Positions 28,272 to 38,875 are shown, counted from the whole stretch's first letter. The stretch: DNA of 63,926 bases, filler included, from an uncultured bacterium (GCA_964609495.1; 8 parts of 8 records of this genome joined end to end with filler, not necessarily neighbours in it), one strand, 5' to 3'. Notes: generated by a model not told the origin, from the letters alone. Program-made: numbers and translations.

Positions 28272-29378
28272 CTATTTAAACTTTATGTCTATCGTATGCA
28301 AGATCTCACAGACCTTTTGACTCGCTTTTCCATCTCCATAGAGGGCTCTTGTTCTACCTTGAGGCTGAAAGATCCTAACTGCCTCGATTATCGCCTCTTT
28401 ATCCGCAGATACTAGGATATTCCACCCATCCTCAACCGTCTCTACCCACTCGGTTCTATCCCTCAAAGTGATACAAGGAGTCTCTAGGAAATAAGCTTCC
28501 TTCTGAAGCCCACCCGAATCAGTCAGTAGCATTCTGGCATTTTTCGTCAGGACTAGCATATCAAGATATCCTACGGGAGGTATTATAGTCAAGTTAGGCA
28601 CTCGCTTAAATCTATCGTAGAGCCTAAACCCTCGCAATCGTTTTTCCGTCCGCGGATGAAGGGGAATAATAACTCGCTCTGAAAGGGAAGATAGAGCCTC
28701 GAATATCGCCTGTAATCTATCTCCTTCATCCGTATTCTCCGCTCTATGGACCGTTGCCAGAAGATAGGTCTCTTCACCGAGATCGTAATACTCCAAAATA
28801 TGCGATCTCTTCTCCGCTATCTTTATGTTATCTTGAAGGGCATCCAACATCACATCTCCTACCAGATATACCCCGTCCTCGATTCCCTCCTTCTTGAGAT
28901 TATCAACTGCTCTCTGAGAAGGGCAGAATAGCAGGGAGGAGGTATGATCCGTTACCACTCTATTTATCTCCTCGGGCATACATCTATCGTAAGAGCGCAA
29001 TCCAGCCTCTATATGAGCGGTAGGAATCTGTAATTTGACCGCGGCTAAAGCTCCTGCTAGAGTCGAGTTAGTATCTCCATATACTATAACAACTTCGGGT
29101 TCTTCCAGCGATAACACATCCTCTATACGCATCAACATCTTTCCGGTCTGCTCTCCATGAGTCCCCGACCCTACATTTAAGTTATGATCTGGGATCGGAA
29201 GTCCTAACTCCGCAAAGAAAACTTGCGAGAGCATAGGATTATAGTGTTGTCCAGTATGCACTAGGATCTCTTCATCCCTCTTTCTCAACTCCCGGCATAG
29301 AGGAGCTGCTTTTATAAATTGGGGTCTAGCTCCCACTATAGTGACTATCTTCACCCTATTTGTCTGCCACCTCTTCAA
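28272..29378 (-). CDS. wecB: UDP-N-acetylglucosamine 2-epimerase (non-hydrolysing)
   Basis: GARPQFIK, HTGQHY, VYGDTNS, HIEAGLRS, PEEINR and TDSGGLQKEA motifs. Confidence 0.95.
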   Translation of the reverse strand: MKRWQTNRVKIVTIVGARPQFIKAAPLCRELRKRDEEILVHTGQHYNPMLSQVFFAELGLPIPDHNLNVGSGTHGEQTGKMLMRIEDVLSLEEPEVVIVYGDTNSTLAGALAAVKLQIPTAHIEAGLRSYDRCMPEEINRVVTDHTSSLLFCPSQRAVDNLKKEGIEDGVYLVGDVMLDALQDNIKIAEKRSHILEYYDLGEETYLLATVHRAENTDEGDRLQAIFEALSSLSERVIIPLHPRTEKRLRGFRLYDRFKRVPNLTIIPPVGYLDMLVLTKNARMLLTDSGGLQKEAYFLETPCITLRDRTEWVETVEDGWNILVSADKEAIIEAVRIFQPQGRTRALYGDGKASQKVCEILHTIDIKFK

Positions 29379-30705
29379 AAACTTGGCTCAACTTCTTGGT
29401 CAACTCCTGGCGGGTAAAACTTTGCAACTTCTCCGCTTTAAGTCGGCTTCTGAGCGATCCTTCATTAATACTGAGGGGTTGAGGGGAGCTTGCTCCCTCA
29501 TTATATTCGAGGTAAAACCTATATATCGCTTTTTTAATACCTTCGATATCCTCCGGAGGAACTATCCTCCCAGCTTCGAGCGCTTCGATCAACTCCCCAG
29601 CCGCGCATTTGGGAACTAGAGCTAAGATCGGCTTCCTGGTGGCTAAATACTCGAATATCTTTCCCGTTAATATCGCCTCGCCCTCTTTAGAGGCGATCAC
29701 TAAAAGTAAGACATCTGCTCCCAAAAGATAGCTTATTCCTTCTTGATGGGGAACATAACCAGGTGAGTTAACGACTTCCCGCAAGCCATACCTTTGGATC
29801 GCCTCTTCGATAATACCATCGCTCACTCGGTCGAACTTCCCTATCAGATTGACTCTGATCTCATCCTTTAATTCTTCCTTCTCAGTTAATAACTCCCCTA
29901 GCCCTTTGAGGAAATGATACGGATTGCGTTGAGCATAAAAAGTTCCTGTATAGGAGATCGTGAACTTATCGCTTATCTCGGGCTCGATGCCCTCGAAATC
30001 TTGAGGATCGAATCCATTGGTTATCGTTATCAGCTTAGATGCATCTAACCCTGGGTAAGCCCTTAACCACTCTCTCCTCAGAGGTTCAGTCGCGGTGATT
30101 ATCCTATCCGCTGAATTTATAACTTTGCGCTCCAGATAAGCCTCGAGATTTCGGTGCAACGTTGTGGGGAATCTCTTAAAACTATTCCTAGTCCAAGCAT
30201 CGCGAAAATCGGCAACCCAGGGCGCTCCAGCTGCCCTCTTCAGATGATAAGCTATGAGATGGGCAGTATAAGGAGGGGCAGTTGAATATATGAGATCTAT
30301 CTTTCCTTTTATCAATCGCTTTCCCTCGGAGAGGGCGAAGGGAAACCAGCCTAACTTATCATCGGGGACGAAGACAAAGTCGAATAAAGAGCGAATAATA
30401 TCTCCAGTTTTACCTCCTCTCTCACCCGCGGAAGAAGGGTTGGAGTTAGAACTAAGTCTAGCTCGCACTTTTCTATAAAAACGAGTCGGCTCTATAGAAG
30501 AGGTTCTGATTATCCTTACATCAGGAGATAATTCCCTGGCTAAGGTATTATCAAAAGCGTCATATCCCCCTTCCCTGACAGTCAAAACGATAGGATTCCA
30601 GCCATTATCAGGGAGATATTTGACGAATTTAAGGGTTCTTTGAACTCCTCCTCCCCCTAGAGGAGGGAAAAAATAAGCTATGACTAAAACGCTCTTAGTT
30701 CCCAA
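29356..30705 (-). CDS. Glycosyltransferase family 4
   Basis: Likely TTG start at 30705; AYFFPPLGGGGVQR, WVADFRDAW, ITNGFD and GKIFEYL motifs. Confidence 0.88.
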   Translation of the reverse strand: MGTKSVLVIAYFFPPLGGGGVQRTLKFVKYLPDNGWNPIVLTVREGGYDAFDNTLARELSPDVRIIRTSSIEPTRFYRKVRARLSSNSNPSSAGERGGKTGDIIRSLFDFVFVPDDKLGWFPFALSEGKRLIKGKIDLIYSTAPPYTAHLIAYHLKRAAGAPWVADFRDAWTRNSFKRFPTTLHRNLEAYLERKVINSADRIITATEPLRREWLRAYPGLDASKLITITNGFDPQDFEGIEPEISDKFTISYTGTFYAQRNPYHFLKGLGELLTEKEELKDEIRVNLIGKFDRVSDGIIEEAIQRYGLREVVNSPGYVPHQEGISYLLGADVLLLVIASKEGEAILTGKIFEYLATRKPILALVPKCAAGELIEALEAGRIVPPEDIEGIKKAIYRFYLEYNEGASSPQPLSINEGSLRSRLKAEKLQSFTRQELTKKLSQVFEEVADK

Positions 30706-31831
30706 AGTTCCTATACACTTCCAATAACTTCTCAGCCTCCCTCTCCCAGTTGAAGATATTGGCTGAGATCTCAAGGGCATTAGCCCTCATCTGTTTATAT
30801 TTCTCTTCATCACCTAGTATATCATCGATCGCTTGAGCTATACTGCGCGGATCGGTTTGGTCGAATAATCTCCCTACCTGATGTTCTCTCACTATTCGCC
30901 CCATCTCTGGAAAATCGCTTACCGCTACGGGAAGGCCTGAGTGAAGATATTCGAATAGCTTATTTGGTGCGGAATAGTAGTAACTCAAGCATGAGTTCTG
31001 AATAGGAGCGACTCCCACATCAGCGGAGGCCGTATAAGCTGGCAGTTGCTCTAAAGGCACTGCGTCTAGGAACTTAACCTTATCCTCTAACCCCAGCTCT
31101 TTAGCTCTAGCCTTCAGCTCCTCCTCAGCTATACCATAGCCCATCATAACTATAACTGCGTTCTCAAGATATGCTACCGCTTCCATTAATTGCTCTAAGC
31201 CTCGATTAGGAGCTAAAGCTCCTTGATAGAGAACGATCTTAATTCCGTTCTCAAGCCCAAGTTTATCTCTAATTATACGAGTCCTCTCCTGCCCTATCCA
31301 AGAAGGGCAATTCCTAACTACGACTGGAAGGGGGATCCCGTATCTCTCGGATAAGATCTTAGCCCTAGCATCATTAGTGGTGATAACTACATCAGCTCGT
31401 TTGATCAGGAGCTTCTCGGTGAGATCGGATCGCCACTTATCAAAGGCTGGCTCATTTACCGCATTTCTATCGATCCACAGCTCATGAGAATCATAGACCA
31501 ACTTAGCTCGATGGAAGCGAGAGGCTAGATATCCCACTACTAGGGTGTTTAGATCATGGGAATGATATACATCCGCCCTCTCTTTAAATACCTCCCTCAT
31601 CACCCCTTTAAGATAGGGAATAGAGTATTTGAAGATACGAGGGAGGGGAAGGGGATCAATACTCAATCTGATGACTCTGATCCCATCCCAGATCTGAAAA
31701 CTCTCGCTATCCTCATCCTTCAAAGCGAGGACTGTTACTTCATGTCCACCCTCCTCTATTAAAGTTCTCGCCTCTTTATAGACTCTAGCATCGTGTTTGA
31801 AATTATTCTTAACGAACATCCAGATGTTCAT
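30695..31831 (-). CDS. Glycosyltransferase family 4
   Basis: DARVYKEA, VYDSHE and PNKLFEY motifs. Confidence 0.9.
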   Translation of the reverse strand: MNIWMFVKNNFKHDARVYKEARTLIEEGGHEVTVLALKDEDSESFQIWDGIRVIRLSIDPLPLPRIFKYSIPYLKGVMREVFKERADVYHSHDLNTLVVGYLASRFHRAKLVYDSHELWIDRNAVNEPAFDKWRSDLTEKLLIKRADVVITTNDARAKILSERYGIPLPVVVRNCPSWIGQERTRIIRDKLGLENGIKIVLYQGALAPNRGLEQLMEAVAYLENAVIVMMGYGIAEEELKARAKELGLEDKVKFLDAVPLEQLPAYTASADVGVAPIQNSCLSYYYSAPNKLFEYLHSGLPVAVSDFPEMGRIVREHQVGRLFDQTDPRSIAQAIDDILGDEEKYKQMRANALEISANIFNWEREAEKLLEVYRNFGN

Positions 31832-31890
31832 ATCAATACTCTTTTTATTTAAGAAGATGGAAGGTATTTTTAGTTATCCGATTTCCGTTC

Positions 31891-32505
31891 TCAATCTTCA
31901 ATTTTCCACTGAACATTATAGCGCAAGCCGATAGAGAAGTTAGCGATCCCGTAGTTATCCCAATCCGCTCCTTCTGAGCTGGCGGAGAGAATTTGATTAT
32001 AACGGATTTTTCCCTCTAAACTCGTCTGCTCACCTATAATGTAGGATACTCCTCCTCCGAAAAGCACTCCTAGATCAGAACTGCTAGCGCCTTCCACAGA
32101 TGATTTGTCAACATTCATGCTGGAGATATAGATCCCTGCTCCTCCCTCAAGATAGGTAACTAGATTCTCAGAGTAAGATAGATTATATCTACCCACGACA
32201 ACTATAGGGATTACTGTCTGATTTACCCCACTCATATCCGTAGGCATGCTGATATAAGAGATATTACCTTCCACAGAGAACTCAGGAGTAAAACTATAAC
32301 CGACGAATCCCCCCAAGCTCACCGAACTTCCTCGGGAATCACTGAAGGAGGAGGGAGTGGTAGGAAGAGCAAGCCCTAACTCTCCACCTATAAAGAGATT
32401 ATTCGTTTCTCTCACTCCTATCTCCACTTGAGCGTATATCAAAGATGGTAATATAATTAATGAGAAAACCACAATTGAAACAAATATCTCTATCTTGTAT
32501 TTCAC
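31891..32505 (-). CDS. Outer-membrane beta-barrel protein (OmpA/OmpW-like)
   Basis: Signal peptide, alternating amphipathic beta strands (YLEGGAG, FGGGVSY) and FSIGLRY near the C-terminus. Confidence 0.75.
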   Translation of the reverse strand: MKYKIEIFVSIVVFSLIILPSLIYAQVEIGVRETNNLFIGGELGLALPTTPSSFSDSRGSSVSLGGFVGYSFTPEFSVEGNISYISMPTDMSGVNQTVIPIVVVGRYNLSYSENLVTYLEGGAGIYISSMNVDKSSVEGASSSDLGVLFGGGVSYIIGEQTSLEGKIRYNQILSASSEGADWDNYGIANFSIGLRYNVQWKIED

Positions 32506-32921
32506 TTAGTTGCCTCCTCAAATCGATTTGTAAATAATCTATTAAACTTTATAGAGTCACTAACCGTTCCAGAATTATCCCCAATCGTGAAAAGACCTTA
32601 ACAGCTAAGGTCATTATATCATATATAAGATTTGTAGTCAATAACAATTCGGGTTTTGGATAAAAGTTTGTAGCTTTTTACTTTAGTGCCTAAGGGAATT
32701 ATTGATATAATATGGCAAATTGACATTTTTGAAAATATCATAATCTTGGGAGAACTTCTGACGTCCTTGCGATATTAGTTGTTTTATGTTATAATTTGTT
32801 TAGTGGATTGCTTATCTTATCTAATTATGTCCATCCCTCAGTTACTCGAATGGTTATTTCAAGTTATATGACATTGCGGCGGGAAAATTAGAGACATTAA
32901 AAACTAAGGAGGTCATCATAT

Positions 32922-33902
32922 ATGCGTTACCGAAAACTGGGTAAAATCGGCATAGAAGTGAGCGAGATCGGCTTCGGCAGTTGGGGCATTGGCGGTGGCT
33001 GGGGCTATCAAGATGATGAAGAAGCCCTACGAGCGTTGAAGCAGGCGCTCGATCTGGGCGTCACTTTCTTCGATACCGCTCTGGGGTATGGAAATGGGCA
33101 CAGCGAACAGCTTATCGGTCAGGCGGTGGCGGGAATGAGGGATCGCGTGGTCATCGCCACTAAGATCCCGCCCAAGACCTATCGCTGGCCAGTGTTGCCC
33201 CAGGAGCCTATCTCCGAGACTTTCCCAGCCGATTGGATTGTCGAGTGCACGGAGAAGAGCCTGAAGAATCTCAACACGGACTATATTGATGTTCAGCAGT
33301 TACATGCTTGGACGCCTCCCTATATCCAACAGTCGGAGTGGTATGAGACGCTGATGCGTCTGAAGGAACAGGGAAAGATCCGAGCCTTTGGTGTCTCCGC
33401 CAACGACTGGGACCCCTATGGCCCGACCGATCTGGTGAAGTCTGGATTGATAAACACAGTGCAGGTGATCTATAATATCTTTGAACAGCGACCAGCCGAG
33501 GCATTGCTCCCCGCGGCATTGGAGCATAGGGTGGGCATCATCGTGCGCGTTCCCTTTGAGGAGGGTTTGCTCACCGGTCGGATGGGCCCAGATCATACCT
33601 TCGACGAGGGAGACTGGCGGGCGGATTGGCTGACGCCGGAGCGATTGCAAGAGGCAGCTCGGCATGTGGAAGCATTGAAATCTTTCCTAGCTGAGGATCG
33701 CCCGACGCTGGCAGCCTTAGCCCTCAAGTTCTGCCTGAGCCATCCGGCGGTATCCGCCGTCATACCAGGTATGCGCAGAATGACACACGTGGAAGCCAAT
33801 TGCGCCGTTTCAGATGGCAAACTGCTCTCCGCTGAGGAGCTGGAGGCGTTGAAAGCGCATGCCTTCGTCCATGGGTGGAGCTATCCCTGGAGTCAGGCGT
33901 AG
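32922..33902 (+). CDS. Aldo/keto reductase
   Basis: VSEIGFG, FFDTALGYGNGHSE, IATK, SLKNLNTDYID and GKIRAFGVS motifs. Confidence 0.95.
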   Translation: MRYRKLGKIGIEVSEIGFGSWGIGGGWGYQDDEEALRALKQALDLGVTFFDTALGYGNGHSEQLIGQAVAGMRDRVVIATKIPPKTYRWPVLPQEPISETFPADWIVECTEKSLKNLNTDYIDVQQLHAWTPPYIQQSEWYETLMRLKEQGKIRAFGVSANDWDPYGPTDLVKSGLINTVQVIYNIFEQRPAEALLPAALEHRVGIIVRVPFEEGLLTGRMGPDHTFDEGDWRADWLTPERLQEAARHVEALKSFLAEDRPTLAALALKFCLSHPAVSAVIPGMRRMTHVEANCAVSDGKLLSAEELEALKAHAFVHGWSYPWSQA

Positions 33903-33999
33903 GGCTAGCTCCGGTGGATGATACGATCTGGCTTTCCTGCGTTGGAAGCGGATCACTTCGAAGAAATTAAAAGTAGCAATTTCTAAGAGAAGGTTTAGA

Positions 34000-34614
34000 A
34001 TGAAGATCTTAGCGATAAGCGATAATGAGGATAGGATCCTTTGGGATAATTTCGATAGGGAGCATTGGAAAGATATAGATCTTATCCTATCTTGTGGGGA
34101 TTTGGCTCCTGAATACCTCTCCTTCCTGGTTACCCTGGTAAATGTTCCGCTCTATTATGTGAGGGGGAATCACGATCTCATCTATGATCAGAAATCACCC
34201 GAGGGATGTGAGGATATAGATGGGAAGATAATAGTCTGGAACGGATGGAGGATATTGGGATTAGAGGGGTCAATGTGGTATAATGGAAAGCCACTCCAAT
34301 ACACAGAGCAACAGATGAAATGGAAGCTCAGGTGGTTAAGGTTTAAGATTTGGAGAATGGGAGGGATAGATATAGTAGTTTCGCATGCCCCACCTAGAGG
34401 TTGTAATGATGGGAAGGATCTATGCCATAAGGGATTCCAAGCCTATCGAGATCTCATCGCTCGTTATCATCCTCGCTACTTTTTGCACGGACATTTACAT
34501 CTAACTTATGGACAGAGTAGGAAGAGGGTAGCGATGTTGAATAGCACCGAGGTTACAAATGTATATGGACATTATGTGTTGGAAGTTGGTCCAGGTCCCT
34601 TAGCCTCCAAGTAA
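34000..34614 (+). CDS. Metallophosphoesterase (Icc-related)
   Basis: ISD, SCGDL, RGNHD, SHAPP and HGHLH motifs. Confidence 0.9.
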   Translation: MKILAISDNEDRILWDNFDREHWKDIDLILSCGDLAPEYLSFLVTLVNVPLYYVRGNHDLIYDQKSPEGCEDIDGKIIVWNGWRILGLEGSMWYNGKPLQYTEQQMKWKLRWLRFKIWRMGGIDIVVSHAPPRGCNDGKDLCHKGFQAYRDLIARYHPRYFLHGHLHLTYGQSRKRVAMLNSTEVTNVYGHYVLEVGPGPLASK

Positions 34615-34741
34615 ATTTGGAAAGGTGTCAAAATGATTGAAATATCATAAATGAAGAGATTATATCATCTTTTTTCCCCTCTGAAGGTGACCACCTTAAA
34701 TTCTGAGATGATTCCCTTTCCTTCGCTCGAAGTCATATAAT

Positions 34742-35656
34742 CTATGAGACCTCCTCTTTGAGTTCCTCCCGAGTGGGAAAACCCCTCGTTCCTCCTGCTC
34801 GCATAGTTACTCTAGCTCCGCAGAAATTCCCCAGAGCGAGGCATTTCTCCAAAGGTAGCTTATTCAAATATCCATAGATGAATCCAGCATTGAAAGCATC
34901 TCCAGCCCCAGTTGTATCTATTACCCCGAGGGATTTAGCCCCGATCTCTATCATCTTCTCTCCTCTTTTAACTACTGCTCCCTTACTACCGCGTTTAATG
35001 ACTATCATATCGGTATATTTACTTAGATCGGATAATGCCTCTCTCCAATTATCTTTCCCCGTAATATTCTTCGCCTCGGTCTCATTGGGTAGAAAAATAT
35101 CGACATATTTCAACATCTCGTATATTCGCTCTCTATCCCATCTCTCCTCGGGATCATATCCTGGATCGAAGGAAACGCTTAGATTATGCTCTTTAGCACT
35201 TTTAAATAGCTTCAAACAATCCCTCTTCAGCTTATTTTGTAAGAAGTAGGAGGATAGATGTAGATGTTTGGCTTGATATAGATATTCCAAATTGATATCG
35301 GTCCATCCCAATTCCTCTATAGAACCCAGATAGGTCATCTGAGCCTTATCCTCAGGATAGGCAAGGGAGATGGTAACTCCAGTCTTCACGTCAGGATCTA
35401 TTAAGATTTTAGAGGTGTTTATCTCTAGTTCCCTTAAAGAGTTGATCACAAATTCGCCATAGGGGTCATCTCCCACCTTACCGATGAATCCCACCTCCAT
35501 CCCCGATCTAGCTATATCAGCGGCGAAGATAGCCGAGGAGCTTCCTAAAGTGAGGGTTAGATTACTTATTATCTTCTCCTTTCCCAGCTCAGGCAGAGTA
35601 TTAAGTCCTTCAGCTATGAGATCAACGTTTAGTTCTCCTACCACAACTATATCCAT
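34742..35656 (-). CDS. PfkB family carbohydrate kinase
   Basis: GKVGDDPYG, PNETEA and DTTGAGDAFNAG motifs. Confidence 0.93.
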   Translation of the reverse strand: MDIVVVGELNVDLIAEGLNTLPELGKEKIISNLTLTLGSSSAIFAADIARSGMEVGFIGKVGDDPYGEFVINSLRELEINTSKILIDPDVKTGVTISLAYPEDKAQMTYLGSIEELGWTDINLEYLYQAKHLHLSSYFLQNKLKRDCLKLFKSAKEHNLSVSFDPGYDPEERWDRERIYEMLKYVDIFLPNETEAKNITGKDNWREALSDLSKYTDMIVIKRGSKGAVVKRGEKMIEIGAKSLGVIDTTGAGDAFNAGFIYGYLNKLPLEKCLALGNFCGARVTMRAGGTRGFPTREELKEEVS

Positions 35657-35829
35657 TACGCCATCTCCTTTCCTTGGACATAACTATATCATTATATACT
35701 GTTATTGTCAAGTATCAATGAGTAGCTNNNNNNNNNNNNNNNNNNNNNNNNNNNNNNNNNNNNNNNNNNNNTTAATTAATTAANNNNNNNNNNNNNNNNN
35801 NNNNNNNNNNNNNNNNNNNNNNNNNNNTA

Positions 35830-36006
35830 GATGAGATAATCCCTGAACCGATCGGAGGGGCACATCGGAATCTTAAAGGGGCAGCGGCGAATTTAAAGGA
35901 AGCTTTGCTCAGGAATATAAAGGAGTTGGTCAAGATAGATTTGGATGAGCTTTTACAGAGGAGATATGAGAAATATAGGAGGATAGGTTCGTTCAGTGAG
36001 CCTTGA
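35830..36006 (+). CDS. accA: 3' end of acetyl-CoA carboxylase carboxyltransferase alpha subunit
   Basis: DEIIPEPIGGAHR...ELLQRRYEKYRRIG* at the contig start; absent from the ORF track. Confidence 0.9.
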   Translation, partial: DEIIPEPIGGAHRNLKGAAANLKEALLRNIKELVKIDLDELLQRRYEKYRRIGSFSEP

Positions 36007-36031
36007 CAGCTATCTTTAGTAAGGGGAAATT

Positions 36032-36433
36032 ATGAGTAAAAAATACACTAATCCGCAGAGTAGCACTGATATAACATCTAAAATCGAAGAAGTTCTAAGT
36101 GAGCTTCTGTTAATACCTATTTTAATCCCCCAACCCGACGAGGTGCGTAGTTATCTGCTTAGCTATCCTGATATAGCGAATCTCCTACCACCAGTCTGTG
36201 AAATGGCTCGTGAACGATTTGGAAAGTTCGTGCAGTTATCTCTGGAGGTGTATCACGACCCAGAGATCGAAGATGAATATCTCACGCTTTACGTCCGACA
36301 GGAACATTACGATGAGCAAATAATGGATAGGATTAAAGAGATACGTGCAACTTATGAAACAGAATACGAAACAGAGCTTATTGACACAGCAGGTTGGTTT
36401 CTGGTAACAACTGACTTTTATCCCCCGAAGTAG
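36032..36433 (+). CDS. Acidic hypothetical protein, putative antitoxin partner of the downstream HEPN protein
   Basis: 133 aa, 6 bp upstream of the HEPN gene; LSLEVYHDPE..EYLTLYVR. Confidence 0.55.
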   Translation: MSKKYTNPQSSTDITSKIEEVLSELLLIPILIPQPDEVRSYLLSYPDIANLLPPVCEMARERFGKFVQLSLEVYHDPEIEDEYLTLYVRQEHYDEQIMDRIKEIRATYETEYETELIDTAGWFLVTTDFYPPK

Positions 36434-36439
36434 GAAGGC

Positions 36440-36799
36440 ATGTGCTTTGATTGGGAAGAGTATCTTAATCTAGCTCGATCCCTACAGGGACAGCGAAATA
36501 AATTTACTCAAGAGGCTGCCTATAGATGCGCGGTGAGCAGAGCCTATTATGCAGCCTTTTGCTACGCCCGCAACTATGCTCGTGATCGGCAGGGGTATTC
36601 TCCCAAATACAACTCCAAAGACCATCGGCTTGTCAGAAAGCATTTTAAAAGTCGGGGGATGATTGGAATCGCTGATATGTTGCGTGAGCTAAGACAATGG
36701 CGAAATAATTGTGACTATAATGACTCAGTATATAACATTTCCACTATGAGAAACGATGCAATTAATAACGCTCAACAAATTATCAGTATGCTTCCATAA
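36440..36799 (+). CDS. HEPN domain protein (UPF0332-like)
   Basis: FDWEEYLNLA, AVSRAYYAAF, H, and LRQWRNNCDY. Confidence 0.8.
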   Translation: MCFDWEEYLNLARSLQGQRNKFTQEAAYRCAVSRAYYAAFCYARNYARDRQGYSPKYNSKDHRLVRKHFKSRGMIGIADMLRELRQWRNNCDYNDSVYNISTMRNDAINNAQQIISMLP

Positions 36800-36923
36800 G
36801 GAATTATATCGCGTGTTAATTGAGAAGTCCATACCCTCCAAGAGATTGGAAGTAGATCACCTAGTCCTATGAGTGAACTCGTAGGACTTTGTTATTAATA
36901 TTAATTTAAAGGAGATTCTATCT

Positions 36924-37928
36924 ATGTCTAAACCTAAAGTCCTACTATTGTTGCCCAAACCCTTATACAATATCATCATAACCAAGAAGGCGGAGGAGGT
37001 GTTATACTCCTTCGCCGAGGTTATAAGAAATGAGCGTGATGATAACTTATCTAGCGATGAAGTAGCTGAGCTACTTCCGGGTATAAATGGATGTCTTACC
37101 GGATGGGGATCCGCTCGTTTCGATAGTTCACTTTTAGATAAGGCGGATTCGCTTAAGATCATCAGCCATACTGCTGGCTCCATAAAGTTCCTGATTCCAG
37201 AAGAGGTATTCGATAGAGGTATAATCGTCACCCATGCCGCAGGAGCGATCGCCCCTGCGGTAGCAGAACTAGCGCTTCTGGTAACCCTCCTAGGGCTGAG
37301 ACGCATCCTTCCTTATGACCCCGCCCTGAAGGCAGGTGAGGAATGGACAAAGTTAAGGACTGAATTAGGAGAGGAGTTATTCGATAAGAAGGTGGGCGTG
37401 ATCGGGGCTGGATATACGGGTCGAGAATATATCAAATTGCTCAAGCCGTTCCGCGCCGAGGTTTTTGTATATGATCCCTATCTCTCCGAAGAAAGGGCGA
37501 AAGAGCTAGGGGTAAAGCTGGCTTCTTTAAATGAGATAATGGCTACTTGCAAAGTGGTCTCCCTCCATGCGCCCTCGACTGAGGAGACGCACAATATGAT
37601 CGGAGCGGAACAATTGGCACTTCTTCAGGAGGGAGCAGTTTTCATCAACACTGCTCGGGCTTGGGTTGTCGATCAAGATGCGCTCTTAAGAGAGCTTCAG
37701 AAGGGACGCTTTTGGGCCGCCTTAGATGTGTTTGAGGTTGAACCCCTACCAGTTGATAGTCCCTTCCGCAAACTACCCAACGTCTATCTGACTCCTCACC
37801 TAGCTGGAGCAACTATTGAAGCTCGACGGCGGATGGGGGAGGTCTCCGTTGAGGATATGAGACGCTTCTTCGCTGGAGAAGAACCAAGATATCGAGTGAC
37901 GAAGGATATGTTGAGGATTATGGCTTGA
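36924..37928 (+). CDS. D-isomer-specific 2-hydroxyacid dehydrogenase
   Basis: GVIGAGYTG, SLHAP, FINTAR, ALDVF..EP and LTPHLAG motifs. Confidence 0.93.
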   Translation: MSKPKVLLLLPKPLYNIIITKKAEEVLYSFAEVIRNERDDNLSSDEVAELLPGINGCLTGWGSARFDSSLLDKADSLKIISHTAGSIKFLIPEEVFDRGIIVTHAAGAIAPAVAELALLVTLLGLRRILPYDPALKAGEEWTKLRTELGEELFDKKVGVIGAGYTGREYIKLLKPFRAEVFVYDPYLSEERAKELGVKLASLNEIMATCKVVSLHAPSTEETHNMIGAEQLALLQEGAVFINTARAWVVDQDALLRELQKGRFWAALDVFEVEPLPVDSPFRKLPNVYLTPHLAGATIEARRRMGEVSVEDMRRFFAGEEPRYRVTKDMLRIMA

Positions 37929-37951
37929 ACCTCTGGACATATTCAGTTCGC

Positions 37952-38806
37952 TCATAAGATCATAACTAACACATCAAAAACCACCGCGCTCAACCAATGG
38001 AGTATAAAACAGGGAACGAAAGATTTGCTCTTTATCGCCACATAGCCTAATACTGCTCCAGTGATGAAAGAGCCATATACCTCCAACATTGGCTTTCCGA
38101 TATGCATAATACCAAAGGGAATCGTCTGGATTAAGATCGTCCAGTAACCGAAGGCGGGAAAGAGGCCAAAGGTTATATATCCTCGGAAGAAGAACTCCCA
38201 AACTAGCATATATACCGCTCGGAGGATGAAGGCGTAATAGAAGAATATCCAGATATTAGTTCTAGCTTCCGGATAGAAGGGATAATAGCTCTTGAACTCC
38301 GCCCTTCTAGCTCCAAAGATAAAGACCGGAAGTACCAGAAGGAATAAGACCAGGATGAACTTAGCACCAGTTTTGATATCCCCTAGTTGAAAGCCGAATC
38401 TCTTAAGATTCTCTCCCAGTATCCCGGCGACCACCGCCCAAGTTACGAGGAGGAGAGTGAAGACATTGAAGATCACCCATCTAGCATAAGAAGAACCCCC
38501 TGGGTAGAGATAAGACAGGAAAGGAAGGGCTAATAGGAGTAAGAGAACTAGGTTATCAGTGGGTATCTCTCTTCCTCCTATCTTTATCTTCCTATCGCTT
38601 AATCTTTCCCCTCTTAATCTGAGAACTAGGTAGAGTAAAACCACCAGCATTATAGAAACATTAAAAAAGGTCCACTGTTCATAAGTAGTTCGATTATACA
38701 GCTCATGAGAGATCATTATCAGTACCGAGGAGATGATGATCACCATAGACATCAGTTTTCCCCTGATCCCCTTCCTCTGTTCCTCAACGAGAGTAGGAAT
38801 GGACAT
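37952..38806 (-). CDS. CPBP (CAAX/Abi) family intramembrane metalloprotease
   Basis: WEFFFRG, FGIMH and LHW motifs; multiple TM helices. Confidence 0.88.
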   Translation of the reverse strand: MSIPTLVEEQRKGIRGKLMSMVIIISSVLIMISHELYNRTTYEQWTFFNVSIMLVVLLYLVLRLRGERLSDRKIKIGGREIPTDNLVLLLLLALPFLSYLYPGGSSYARWVIFNVFTLLLVTWAVVAGILGENLKRFGFQLGDIKTGAKFILVLFLLVLPVFIFGARRAEFKSYYPFYPEARTNIWIFFYYAFILRAVYMLVWEFFFRGYITFGLFPAFGYWTILIQTIPFGIMHIGKPMLEVYGSFITGAVLGYVAIKSKSFVPCFILHWLSAVVFDVLVMIL

Positions 38807-38875
38807 TCCGATCTTCCTTTCTATCCACTTAGGATATTTAACAACGGACTTCTTCCTCCTAAAGTAACCATTCGA

